NCBI GenBank assembly: GCA_002256025.1
Contig: NKIB01014742.1
Coordinates: 1-41,041, forward strand
DNA length: 41,041 nucleotides
Source of the DNA: Asterionella formosa
Taxonomy: Eukaryota
Direction: 5' to 3'
Part shown: positions 30,363-41,041 of the stretch, piece after piece
Layout: every line of letters begins with the position of its first letter
How positions within the stretch are numbered: position 1 is the stretch's first letter
Position numbers and translations under genes: made by a program
The notes under the pieces: generated by a model
Told to the model about the DNA's origin: nothing
Databases searched by the model: none
What the model saw: the letters and a program-made list of their open reading frames with translations, nothing else

Positions 30363-32982
30363 AGTGAGCGATCCTGCACATCGACACAGATGTATATAGG
30401 GTTAGGGTTATATCAAATAAATCAGAACTCGACTAACTCCTATTGTATACTTTGATGTCATCTTGGGAAACAAGTTGTATATAAGATTAATTAGCTCATA
30501 TATTCAACAAATACTACTTCTTCTAGTTGGATACTTCACTTTGAATTCAAAAAGAGTCTAATTAGAAGAAAACAAAACATGGCAATGTTTTTAAGGGTTC
30601 CTGTCATTCCTTTGATCAAAGATTACAATGTATTGACTATCAAGATAAAACATTCAGAGTTGCTTTAACCGGTGGAAGGTTTGAATCGTTTGATCAAGAT
30701 ATAATTGATGGAAGCTCTGTGGAAGCATTGCTGATTGGAGTGAATCAATTTCGAGACATGGCTAACACATGTGTGCCTCTAGCCCTGCAGATACCTTTTC
30801 CTACTTTAAAAGAGGTTTGACCGACATTGCCTTATTGGATTGGCTGAATGTGGAATGACATCCAGAAGATCAATCCTATGATAGTTTCGATGAAGCAATG
30901 ACTTTATGGTTAGACGATCATTTACCAAATGAGAGTTTTCAACGTCAACGACAATGGATGCTATGTTACTTGTCTAAACCCTTTTCTGTGTTGGTAATGG
31001 ATTTCGGAGCTCGTATTAAAACTTTGAACAGGCTACTTCAACTAATGCCTCATCCAGAAGATCAAAACAGATTGTCAAAAGAAGATATGCGGATTATAAT
31101 TAGTATCTGTTCTATGCCCAATGAGTGGCAACAAGAGTTTGTATTAAATCATGCGAAGACTTCAGACCAATCGATTCGCTCGGTTCTCGCTTACTTCGAT
31201 ATTCAACAATCATTTAAGGACCGAAACAAGAATCTTCCCAAGAACAGTTTTCAAACAATCACACAAAATCGTCTTCGTATTGCTGAAGGCAATCGTGTGA
31301 TGCGTCAAGAAAACGAGCATGTCAGTCGTCAATTCTACAACGATAAATTTACTCCAAGTGGTCGTGGAAGAGCGCGTACTATTGTCAATGCCGCCGGTCG
31401 CGCATGGGATCATCAGGCGAATGTTCATCATCAAGCTCTACAAGCCATTCATACGTACCATGATTATCGTGGTCCTTGCCTGGTACATCCTGAAGGTACA
31501 CATACTTGGGGCAATTGTTTCAGAATCCTCGTACTCAAGGTGGTCGAGCAGGCCACATGGCTGGTCGTCATAATGGACGTGGCCATTCCAGTTTCGGTAG
31601 ACGAGGACATTTTGGTGGTCGTGGAGGCGTTTCACACAGTAATCCTATGGAAAGCTAGTACCATACTGACACTGCTAACCCTGTGTCTGTTCCACATGCT
31701 CGTATGTTAAATACATGGGGTCGTACTACTCATCCATCCAATTGGGGTACCGTGCCATGTGCCGATCCTTTTGAGAATACATCGGCCCAGGAAATTTCAG
31801 TGGTCACGAACCCTCCTGCTGGTCAGATAGTGACTTTTGTCCCTACTACACAACAGCAGATTGCTGATCGCCATTACAGAGGTATGTGCGATAATAGCGA
31901 TGCTATTTATGATGACTCATTGAGTATATCTCACATTAGTCATCACCTGAATAATATTGTTTAGGTACAGGTTGAATACACTATGGATACCCCTGTTGCT
32001 GTAACGCGGGACATATATAACTGTATTGATGGACATGACGTTCCACATACATATCAGGGCCTAATTCCGGTTTCCTGTTTACTTCTAAGGATATATTAAC
32101 GTCAATTGATCTGATTCCGATGTCTCTTTAGAGCCACGATTGGTGGATGCTATGCCTATGCATAAAATCCTACGAGTATTAGTTGATAGTGGAGGATCCT
32201 TATACTCAATACATGAACGGGTTATGTCATGCCTCAAGGTATTTCTTTGTCTAACAAGACTTCACAATTAATACATACCATAGCTGGTACTTATTCATCT
32301 CATGCCAGTGTTATTTTATATGACCTGATTCTACCTGAATTTAATCAATCTGCTCGTGTTTTACAACGAAAGTGTCAAGTTTTTAATGGTGTATGCACAT
32401 TTGATGCTATTTTAGGACGTGATTTCCTTCGTCAAGTTGGTTTAACCATTGATTTCGTAAATAACACCATGTCCTGTATGGATATGATTGTTCCTATACA
32501 TTCTCTCACATTCTTTGGTGATGGAGAACGTTTACGTGATTTATTTTTATATTTTGGTCGCACCTATGATTGTGGAATCTTCATATGCGCTGGAAATAAA
32601 GCTGCTGAATATAATTATGTGAATATTGATACAGTGGTGAATAAACAGATGCATTTAACAACAATGCAACGGTCATTTTTGCGAAGTATATTGGTTAAAA
32701 ATCAAACTTTATTTGATGGAAAATTAAAAGTTTATCCTCATAAACAGGTACATTTGGAATTATAATCAAATGCCATCCCTCGTCATCAACGAGCATATCC
32801 TGTCGCTCATATTCATTTAGAAGTTTTCAAAACCGAATTACAATGATTATGTGATATTGGAGTCCTACAAAAATGTGGTGCTTCTAAATGGGCATCTCCC
32901 ACTTTTATTATTCCTAAAAAGGATGGAAGTGTCCGATAGGTATCAGATTTCGTGAACTCAATAAAGTCATCAATCGCAATAT
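30349..32982 (+). mobile_element. Ty3/Gypsy retrotransposon, decayed, 3' truncated early in RT (copy 1)
   Basis: Gag YLSKP...FGARIKTLNRLL..MP...SMPNEWQ, knuckle CLVHPEGTHTWGNC, protease ILRVLVDSGGS (~32167) with FDAILGRDFL, RT start RAYPVAHIH...WASPTFIIPKKDGSVR. Multiple stops and frameshifts. Confidence 0.9.
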
Positions 32983-33736
32983 ATGCAAACACATAACTTT
33001 CACCATTATAATAGGATTCGATTCGAGTGTGCGGTTCCAAATACGTGGATTGTATAGATTCTGTTTTATCTACTTTGAACTGTCCTGCCAAAAATTTAAT
33101 GGTTCCATGCACTAAAACAAGCTGACTGGTGTTTATTTCATCCCCTCCATACATCTACATTTTGTTGGAGATATGGAAAAGTGGAAGTCGAAAAAGCCGA
33201 AAAACGTTTTTTCTAATCTAGTTGCCAATTTTAATCTTTCTCTCTAAATATCATATACATGGATTAGAAGCTCCGAGCAAGCCCCTCAATAGGGCACTTG
33301 ACCTGGAGAATATCGTAGGAGTTAAAATGGCCCGGATAAATTAGAATCATCGATCCAACTATTATCCGCAGTAGCTAGCCTGTACATACGCAACCAGTAC
33401 ACTCTACAAATTTACCTACTCCTAGTACTGGTAGCATAGTACACATTATTTCGCTCTGAGTTTCAGCCACTTGTGTAGACATAAACGGGTAGAATATTAC
33501 GCACAGCGGTAGATATAGATTACTGAAAATACATAAAATCAAGCCTATGCCAACAAAGGAGCAATGTTGAGCAGCAACCATTGTTGCTTGGCCGCAGTTA
33601 TTCATTGGGCCGACGAGAGGAATCGATAGTTGATTAATAATATCGATCCCGTAAAGTAAGGAATTATAATCTCTGAATATCTGAGGGCGAGAAGGAAAAC
33701 GTAACGAACAGATTCCTGATTTCGTCAAATACCAGC

Positions 33737-34954
33737 ATGATAACACCAATGGAGAATCCAGATATTGACGGCCCTTTTGCAGTCTCAGTACCTACATCCA
33801 TGATCGATGATTCTCCTCTTCCCACGTCGGTTCAATGTTCTGCCGTTGATACTGCTTTGGGTCAATGTGCTGAACAAGCTTCCATATCTTGCAATTTGCC
33901 TCTACACGAATCCACGATTCCTCCCTCCAGTACTCAGGCTACGGAGAATCCGTCTCTAGATGGAATGGTAGATTCCGCACTCATTTCAGCAATGAGAGAC
34001 CCCCGTGAACGCGTTGCAGTACTTAAATTGGAGCAGTCAATGCTTGAATTCATGCGAAACACCGAATTGCAAACGATAAATGTTGGAGGATCTTACAATT
34101 CCGTTGTGGTTGGTCTCAGACCTAGTCAATCAATACCAGAATACACGACCATTGGTCGAGCAACCTCTTTCCAACGCTGTTGTTTGCATCGATTATGTGA
34201 TCGCTTTAAGATTTCAAGAGAATCCATCGATATGGATTGGATCTCTCTGATCAAGACGGAACAATCTTCGGTACCTCAAGGACTTCTCATAGACTTGGTC
34301 CCTTCGCAATACACACTTGACGAGCAAATGTCAACATTGGCGGTGACAAAACCTGGAAAGATGAAGATCATCAAGCGATCTCCGTCTGACTCGTTTGGTT
34401 CATCCGGCTCGCTAATGGAAAAATCAGAACGCAAAAAGTCAAATAAAAAGAACCTGACAGAAAAGGAAAAAGCGTACGCTGAAGCGCGGGCCAGAATCTT
34501 CAACGACTTGAACGAAGGCGATGAAGGGATGATCACAAGCTCAGAGGCCGCAACAGTGATCTTGACACCAAGTCAAGTTGAAATCCCCAATCCGACCACT
34601 TGCCATGAGCCTCCTTCTCGACAAGGGGAACGACCCAAGGCTGTCAATAAAGGGGGTGTCTCCAAAGTAACTTGGCGAAACCGTCAACAAGAGGAAGCCG
34701 ATCCTGATTTTCGGCGACAGCAACCGGGTCAGTACTACACTCCGGGCTACACTTATCCGCAGCCTTCACAATACTACGGACAGTACGATCAGCAGTATTT
34801 CATACAGCAACCTGTCTATCAAGGTGAGGGGTATAATGGTGTGCCGACCAGTGCTAGCATCGGTGGAAGAGTGCGAGGCAGAGAGAAGTTTCGAGGAGGA
34901 AGGGGAAAACAAACTGATGTCACTAGTATAGATGACTTTCCGGCGTTGGGCTAG
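33737..34954 (+). CDS. R3H and SUZ domain RNA-binding protein (R3HDM/encore-like), 405 aa
   Basis: DPRERVAVLKLEQ pre-R3H helix, R3H TSFQRCCLHRLCDRF, SUZ KMKIIKR...LTEKEKAYAEARARIF, RGG-rich tail ending DDFPALG. Confidence 0.88.
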   Translation: MITPMENPDIDGPFAVSVPTSMIDDSPLPTSVQCSAVDTALGQCAEQASISCNLPLHESTIPPSSTQATENPSLDGMVDSALISAMRDPRERVAVLKLEQSMLEFMRNTELQTINVGGSYNSVVVGLRPSQSIPEYTTIGRATSFQRCCLHRLCDRFKISRESIDMDWISLIKTEQSSVPQGLLIDLVPSQYTLDEQMSTLAVTKPGKMKIIKRSPSDSFGSSGSLMEKSERKKSNKKNLTEKEKAYAEARARIFNDLNEGDEGMITSSEAATVILTPSQVEIPNPTTCHEPPSRQGERPKAVNKGGVSKVTWRNRQQEEADPDFRRQQPGQYYTPGYTYPQPSQYYGQYDQQYFIQQPVYQGEGYNGVPTSASIGGRVRGREKFRGGRGKQTDVTSIDDFPALG

Positions 34955-35037
34955 TTAGGATACTATAAACACTCACATAGAATCTGAAATAGTTTTCTGG
35001 ATTCTCCTGTTACTATCAATGTGAATGAGGTCAATTC

Positions 35038-36832
35038 TTATTTGACGAGGTGAAAGGCTTCAGCTGCTGTTTCATCAATGGATTTCCCATCCGCAGCTCG
35101 GACAAGTCGGTAAACTTCCACCAAACCAATTTCAAAGTTACCAAGCATTGGAAGTGGGTCATTGTGGAAGCCATTCGCAGACGCAGACTCGCCTTTGGTT
35201 AAATCTTCATTGATGCGTAGTCCTGAAGATCCATCGTGGTTGCCTCCCATACTAATAAACGATTCTCGTCCAACCATGAATTGTTCTAACAATGCAGTAT
35301 TCTCATCTGTCTCTTCGTCGTCGTCAACGCTCTTGGGTTCTGGCTTCCACTTCCAACATTTTGCATCTGGAGATAGTCGAAATAGAAAACACTCGCCATC
35401 TCCATAGATTTGTGGAGAGATCTTCCACGCCTGAGATGCAAACATACCAATGATCGAACCATTGTTCAAGACTTCTGCCAAGAGAATAGTGTGCTTGGAT
35501 TTTCCAACGTGGCGATAGAAAAGATCCAGCGTGCGGCCATGAACATCCGTTGAATAGATCAAATCCATTTTGGTGAGTCGTAGAGACAGAGGCAACCAGC
35601 CAGCGAGGCTTTGCCGGTTTTGGGCTGGCTTAGCCAAGGATACGGCTTCGTTTTCCAGCAATCCCAGCGGACGCGGTTGGGTTTCAATCGTATTAAATTC
35701 ACATTCTTCGATTGCTTTGTCTTCTTCCATCTTGATGATTCTGGATAGAATATGTCTTCGAGGAAAACGTAGGCGTTTTCTGATTCTGTCACCATGATAC
35801 CCATATGCTTTCTTGACCAAAATTTCAAAATCAAATTGAGAACTGTTGGTGTACTCTTGTAGTTCTGCCCACCATACTGCTGGCTCGTCAATCACACATT
35901 CTTTCAGAACTTTTTTGAACAGACAGAGAAGAGCTACACCGAACCTAAAAATGACTTTGAAGCCCTCAAAAGTGTAAATGTCCATGATCCTCATGACACA
36001 ATGATAAGGAAGAATGGGTAAAAAAAAGTGCCTGAAGATGGGGTCTAGGCCAGTAGGCGAAAGAGTCCCATTTTCCTTCATGGTGGCGGCTGTTTGAGGA
36101 TGCAATCTTGTGAGGATATCTGCAAAGGCTTTGCACCAAGCATGATGCTCAACCTGTGTGATTGGAAAATACCACGACGAATTGTGCGTCATTTCTCGCA
36201 GCGTATAGAACGCATATGATTCGGACATGCTGCGAAGAAAAAGAGCTGCTAAAGGAGGAATGAGAGGGCCGTATTCTATCCCAAGAAGATGTTGCAGGGA
36301 TATCAGTACGTGGGTGAGCGCTTCATTCCCCTTTTTCGACACATATCCATGATATTGTAAGTGATCGGTGTTTCCAAAGGGAGGAGCCAAGGCATCTCTG
36401 ATATCAGATTCATCAGGGAACATTTGCTTGAAGACGACATCCCACGCATGATCTAGTGCTCTCACTTTGCCAAGTGTTCGATAGTCCTCTGCATACGTGT
36501 TTTCCTCGTGATCATGGCATGCTTTGATAACAGAAGAAAGCCAGACAGCGCATCTGAGAGCAGGAGGAATGCCTTGTCGAATCATCTGCAAATAACAATG
36601 GTTGAGCTATATCGATCGACATAGATTCAAATGAAGAAGAAAAAAGGATCGTGAACATGCGTGGTGGTTAACTTACCCCTTTCAGTAGTTCATCACTGTC
36701 AAGAGTAACAAATAGAGGGGGTCGATCGTTCCATCCACCTGATATTCTCTGATCTGTTGGGGTCCCTCCTAATGTGTCTGACGATGAGATGTACAGCTTG
36801 TTCATGTCGAGAAACGCGGTTTCTCCCTCCAT
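35038..36832 (-). CDS. TBC (Rab-GAP-like) plus TLDc domain protein, TBC1D24/Skywalker-like; 2 exons (36832-36677, 36585-35038), ~567 aa
   Basis: A phase-0 GTAAGT..TTGCAG intron (36676-36586) joins LLKG|MIRQGIPPALRCAVWL. TBC motif RIMDIYTFEGFKVIFRFGVALL; TLDc motifs LIYSTDVHGRTL..FY, YGDGECFLF, ISMGG...GLRINEDL.KGES. Confidence 0.9.
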
Positions 36833-37161
36833 TTTGCTTTCCGATGCTTTCTTTCTTTTTGTGGAAATGGGCCACCGGCAGGATGGCATTGTTTGAACTT
36901 TGAACTATAATGATGGTCGATAAAAATTGAAGCGGCGGGACATGATGTCTATACACACAATATACCACGGTGTACCAAGTAATACCCGGAGGACTAGGTT
37001 GCATTTGATACAGGTGGTACGGTAGTCTACCTTGTACCTGGTCCTTGTAGTTGGTAGGTACGATATAGAGACATATGTACGTAGGACAGTTGTATCTACA
37101 TACTTCCTGCAAGATAGACTATAGTAGACTACCGTTAGATATTCCACACTACCTGGTAGTA

Positions 37162-40012
37162 GGTACCAGGTACCAAGTGAGCGATCCTGCACATCGACAC
37201 AGATGTATATAGGGTTAGGGTTATATCAAATAAATCAGAACTCGACTAACTCCTATTGTATACTTTGATGTCATCTTGGGAAACAAGTTGTATATAAGAT
37301 TAATTAGCTCATATATTCAACAAATACTACTTCTTCTAGTTGGATACTTCACTTTGAATTCAAAAAGAGTCTAATTAGAAGAAAACAAAACATGGCAATG
37401 TTTTTAAGGGTTCCTGTCATTCCTTTGATCAAAGATTACAATGTATTGACTATCAAGACTAAAACATTCAGAGTTGCTTTAACCGGTGGAAGGTTTGAAT
37501 CGTTTGGTCAAGATATAATTGATGGAAGCTCTGTGGAAGCATTGCTGATTGGAGTGAATCAATTTCGAGACATGGCTAACACATGTGTGCCTCTAGCCCT
37601 GCAGATACCTTTTCCTACTTTAAAAGAGGTTTGACCGACATTGCCTTATTGGATTGGCTGAATGTGGAATGACATCCAGAAGATCAATCCTATGATAGTT
37701 TCGATGAAGCAATGACTTTATGGTTAGACGATCATTTACCAAATGAGAGTTTTCAACGTCAACGACAATGGATGCTATGTTACTTGTCTAAACCCTTTTC
37801 TGTGTTGGTAATGGATTTCGGAGCTCGTATTAAAACTTTGAACAGGCTACTTCAACTAATGCCTCATCCAGAAGATCAAAACAGATTGTCAAAAGAAGAT
37901 ATGCGGATTATAATTAGTATCTGTTCTATGCCCAATGAGTGGCAACAAGAGTTTGAATTAAATCATGCGAAGACTTCAGACCAATCGATTCGCTCGGTTC
38001 TCGCTTACTTCGATATTCAACAATCATTTAAGGACCGAAACAAGAATCTTCCCAAGAACAGTTTTCAAACAATCACACAAAATCGTCTTCGTATTGCTGA
38101 AGGCAATCGTGTGATGCGTCAAGAAAACGAGCATGTCAGTCGTCAATTCTACAACGATAAATTTACTCCAAGTGGTCGTGGAAGAGCGCGTACTATTGTC
38201 AATGCCGCCGGTCGCGCATGGGATCATCAGGCGAATGTTCATCATCAAGCTCTACAAGCCATTCATACGTACCATGATTATCGTGGTCCTTGCCTGGTAC
38301 ATCCTGAAGGTACACATACTTGGGGCAATTGTTTCAGAATCCTCGTACTCAAGGTGGTCGAGCAGGCCACATGGCTGGTCGTCATAATGGACGTGGCCAT
38401 TCCAGTTTCGGTAGACGAGGACATTTTGGTGGTCGTGGAGGCGTTTCACACAGTAATCCTATGGAAAGCTAGTACCATACTGACACTGCTAACCCTGTGT
38501 CTGTTCCACATGCTCGTATGTTAAATACATGGGGTCGTACTACTCATCCATCCAATTGGGGTACCGTGCCATGTGCCGATCCTTTTGAGAATACATCGGC
38601 CCAGGAAATTTCAGTGGTCACGAACCCTCCTGCTGGTCAGATAGTGACTTTTGTCCCTACTACACAACAGCAGATTGCTGATCGCCATTACAGAGGTATG
38701 TGCGATAATAGCGATGCTATTTATGATGACTCATTGAGTATATCTCACATTAGTCATCACCTGAATAATATTGTTTAGGTACAGGTTGAATACACTATGG
38801 ATACCCCTGTTGCTGTAACGCGGGACATATATAACTGTATTGATGGACATGACGTTCCACATACATATCAGGGCCTAATTCCGGTTTCCTGTTTACTTCT
38901 AAGGATATATTAACGTCAATTGATCTGATTCCGATGTCTCTTTAGAGCCACGATTGGTGGATGCTATGCCTATGCATAAAATCCTACGAGTATTAGTTGA
39001 TAGTGGAGGATCCTTATACTCAATACATGAACGGGTTATGTCATGCCTCAAGGTATTTCTTTGTCTAACAAGACTTCACAATTAATACATACCATAGCTG
39101 GTACTTATTCATCTCATGCCAGTGTTATTTTATATGACCTGATTCTACCTGAATTTAATCAATCTGCTCGTGTTTTACAACGAAAGTGTCAAGTTTTTAA
39201 TGGTGTATGCACATTTGATGCTATTTTAGGACGTGATTTCCTTCGTCAAGTTGGTTTAACCATTGATTTCGTAAATAACACCATGTCCTGTATGGATATG
39301 ATTGTTCCTATACATTCTCTCACATTCTTTGGTGATGGAGAACGTTTACGTGATTTATTTTTATATTTTGGTCGCACCTATGATTGTGGAATCTTCATAT
39401 GCGCTGGAAATAAAGCTGCTGAATATAATTATGTGAATATTGATACAGTGGTGAATAAACAGATGCATTTAACAACAATGCAACGGTCATTTTTGCGAAG
39501 TATATTGGTTAAAAATCAAACTTTATTTGATGGAAAATTAAAAGTTTATCCTCATAAACAGGTACATTTGGAATTATAATCAAATGCCATCCCTCGTCAT
39601 CAACGAGCATATCCTGTCGCTCATATTCATTTAGAAGTTTTCAAAACCGAATTACAATGATTATGTGATATTGGAGTCCTACAAAAATGTGGTGCTTCTA
39701 AATGGGCATCTCCCACTTTTATTATTCCTAAAAAGGATGGAAGTGTCCGATAGGTATCAGATTTCGTGAACTCAATAAAGTCATCAATCGCAATATTTAC
39801 CCTTTGCCTCGAATACAAACTATTCTCAGTAAACGTTCTGGATATGTATTTTTCACCAAATTGGATGTTTTCATGCAATACTATACTTTTGCATTAGATG
39901 TGGAGAGTCAAAACTTGTGTGTTATTTCCACTCCATTTGGTTTATATAAATATTTACGTCTCACTATGGGAGTGAAACAATCATCTGATATAGCACAAGA
40001 AACTATGGAGCA
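37162..40012 (+). mobile_element. Ty3/Gypsy retrotransposon, decayed (copy 2), near-identical to 30349-32982 and extending ~215 bp further into RT
   Basis: Same ORF set at offset 6813-6814 bp, plus extra RT segment YPLPRIQTIL...FFTKLD..MQYY...STPFGLYKYLRL.MGVKQSSDIAQE. Confidence 0.92.
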
Positions 40013-40014
40013 GA

Positions 40015-40611
40015 GCGATTATTAGTGATTCCTTAATACATGTCACCATGAACATTCCTTGTGTAGTGGTATTGGCGTCGTCTTCCTTCTGTTTGATTGG
40101 TGCATGTTGTTGATTGTTGCACTCACTGGCATAGTGCCCCATCCTCTGGCAATTATAAAACGACACATTCTTTCTCTTATTTCGTTGCTCCGGAGTTAAT
40201 TCTTTCTTTTCTGTAGTATTGCCGTTTCTTTGGCAATCAACTGCCTTGTGACCATACTTGCCACACTTCCTGCAGTCTCCCGGTAGGTTGTTGATAACAT
40301 GGACCACATAGGCACCATCCGAAACTGCGGAGCTCGTACAGCTCAATCGTTCTCAAATTCTATCCAACTCCACAAACCAAATGTCGGGGTTCTCATTCTC
40401 GTGAATCGTGCATTTTGTCCATTGACCTGACAAGGCAATCACATTTGCCATAGTATTACTTGACTTGTATGTAGACACTAACTTGACCCACATTTCCTTC
40501 GCATTTCCATTGGGGAACTCTGCACTTCAGGCACCATTTACGTATCCAAATGGTCCACTCTGACATGCTATAATCAAACTTGCATAGGCGACCGTATTAT
40601 TTCGTTTCGCA
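40015..40611 (-). pseudogene. Ty1/Copia gag fragment with two zinc knuckles
   Basis: CRKCGKYGHKAVDC and (F)YNCQRMGHYASEC in ORF 39981-40346, with upstream frameshifted gag-like ENPDIWFVELDRI. Cut off at the repeat terminus at 40612. Confidence 0.75.
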
Positions 40612-41041
40612 CGTCTGCAAATAAGAACTATCATATTTCTATGATGCATCATAGGATTGTGATCATCTGATCATAATTTTTCGTTATATCATCTAATAAT
40701 TTTGATAAATGCCTTTGTAATTTAAATAGTAATCCTTTTGACTACATACATTTAATTATTATATGTATTGTTTCTATTTGATTCCTGTATTCGAATTTCT
40801 TGGTAGGATAATGTACCAGTTCAAGTAATGTAGTTTGGCTCGTCATTTCCATCCGCCCCTCATCACTCCGATTTATGCAACAACAACGAAATAATAGCGA
40901 TGACAAGCGGAATGAATGTTTGCGATAACGTCTTCAATTTGTTGGTCAAGTGATCTTTATATCTTCGAGTAATCGTCATGTGCAGTGAACCTTTGTTCAT
41001 AATCATTCAATTAAGAGTTTACAGGAGAGAAGAAACCATTC
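40612..41041. mobile_element. TTTGCAGACG element, copy 4, inverted relative to copy 1; runs to the window edge
   Basis: Begins CGTCTGCAAATAAG, contains the perfect palindrome CTATGATGCATCATAG, and is the reverse-complement homolog of 1-378. Confidence 0.78.

Noticed and set aside
36584..36595. CATCTGCAAATAA as a fifth terminus of the repeat family
   Set aside because: It is the TTTGCAG splice acceptor of the TBC-TLDc intron; similarity does not extend further.
1..41041. Copies 1 and 4 as TIRs of one giant 41-kb element
   Set aside because: Their conserved termini face inward with the element bodies outside the enclosed DNA, and they are visibly diverged, so they are independent insertions.

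Overview
This is eukaryotic nuclear DNA, most likely from a diatom or related stramenopile. That is inferred from short GT-AG introns, the gene families and the diatom-style retroelements. Seven host genes are supported: a 4-exon asparaginyl-tRNA synthetase with an N-terminal GST-like domain, a signal-peptide thioredoxin-like protein, a 1478-aa Zn-motif/ARM-repeat protein, an Hsp70 nucleotide-exchange factor (Fes1/HSPBP1), proteasome subunit beta-2 (PSMB7/PUP1), an R3H-SUZ protein and a 2-exon TBC-TLDc protein. Six of them sit in three tight tail-to-tail pairs. The 5' intergenic space is filled with decayed mobile DNA: a DIRS/Ngaro-like relic, a piggyBac-like relic, an internally deleted Copia, two near-identical truncated Gypsy copies, a Copia gag fragment, and four copies of a non-coding element ending in TTTGCAGACG with a subterminal palindrome. 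Two unrelated adjacent tandem arrays of ~195 bp and ~192 bp units also occur, and GGTACC-rich tracts mark most gene/TE borders. No CRISPR, rRNA or tRNA genes were seen. All calls come from reading the sequence by eye; no searches were run.
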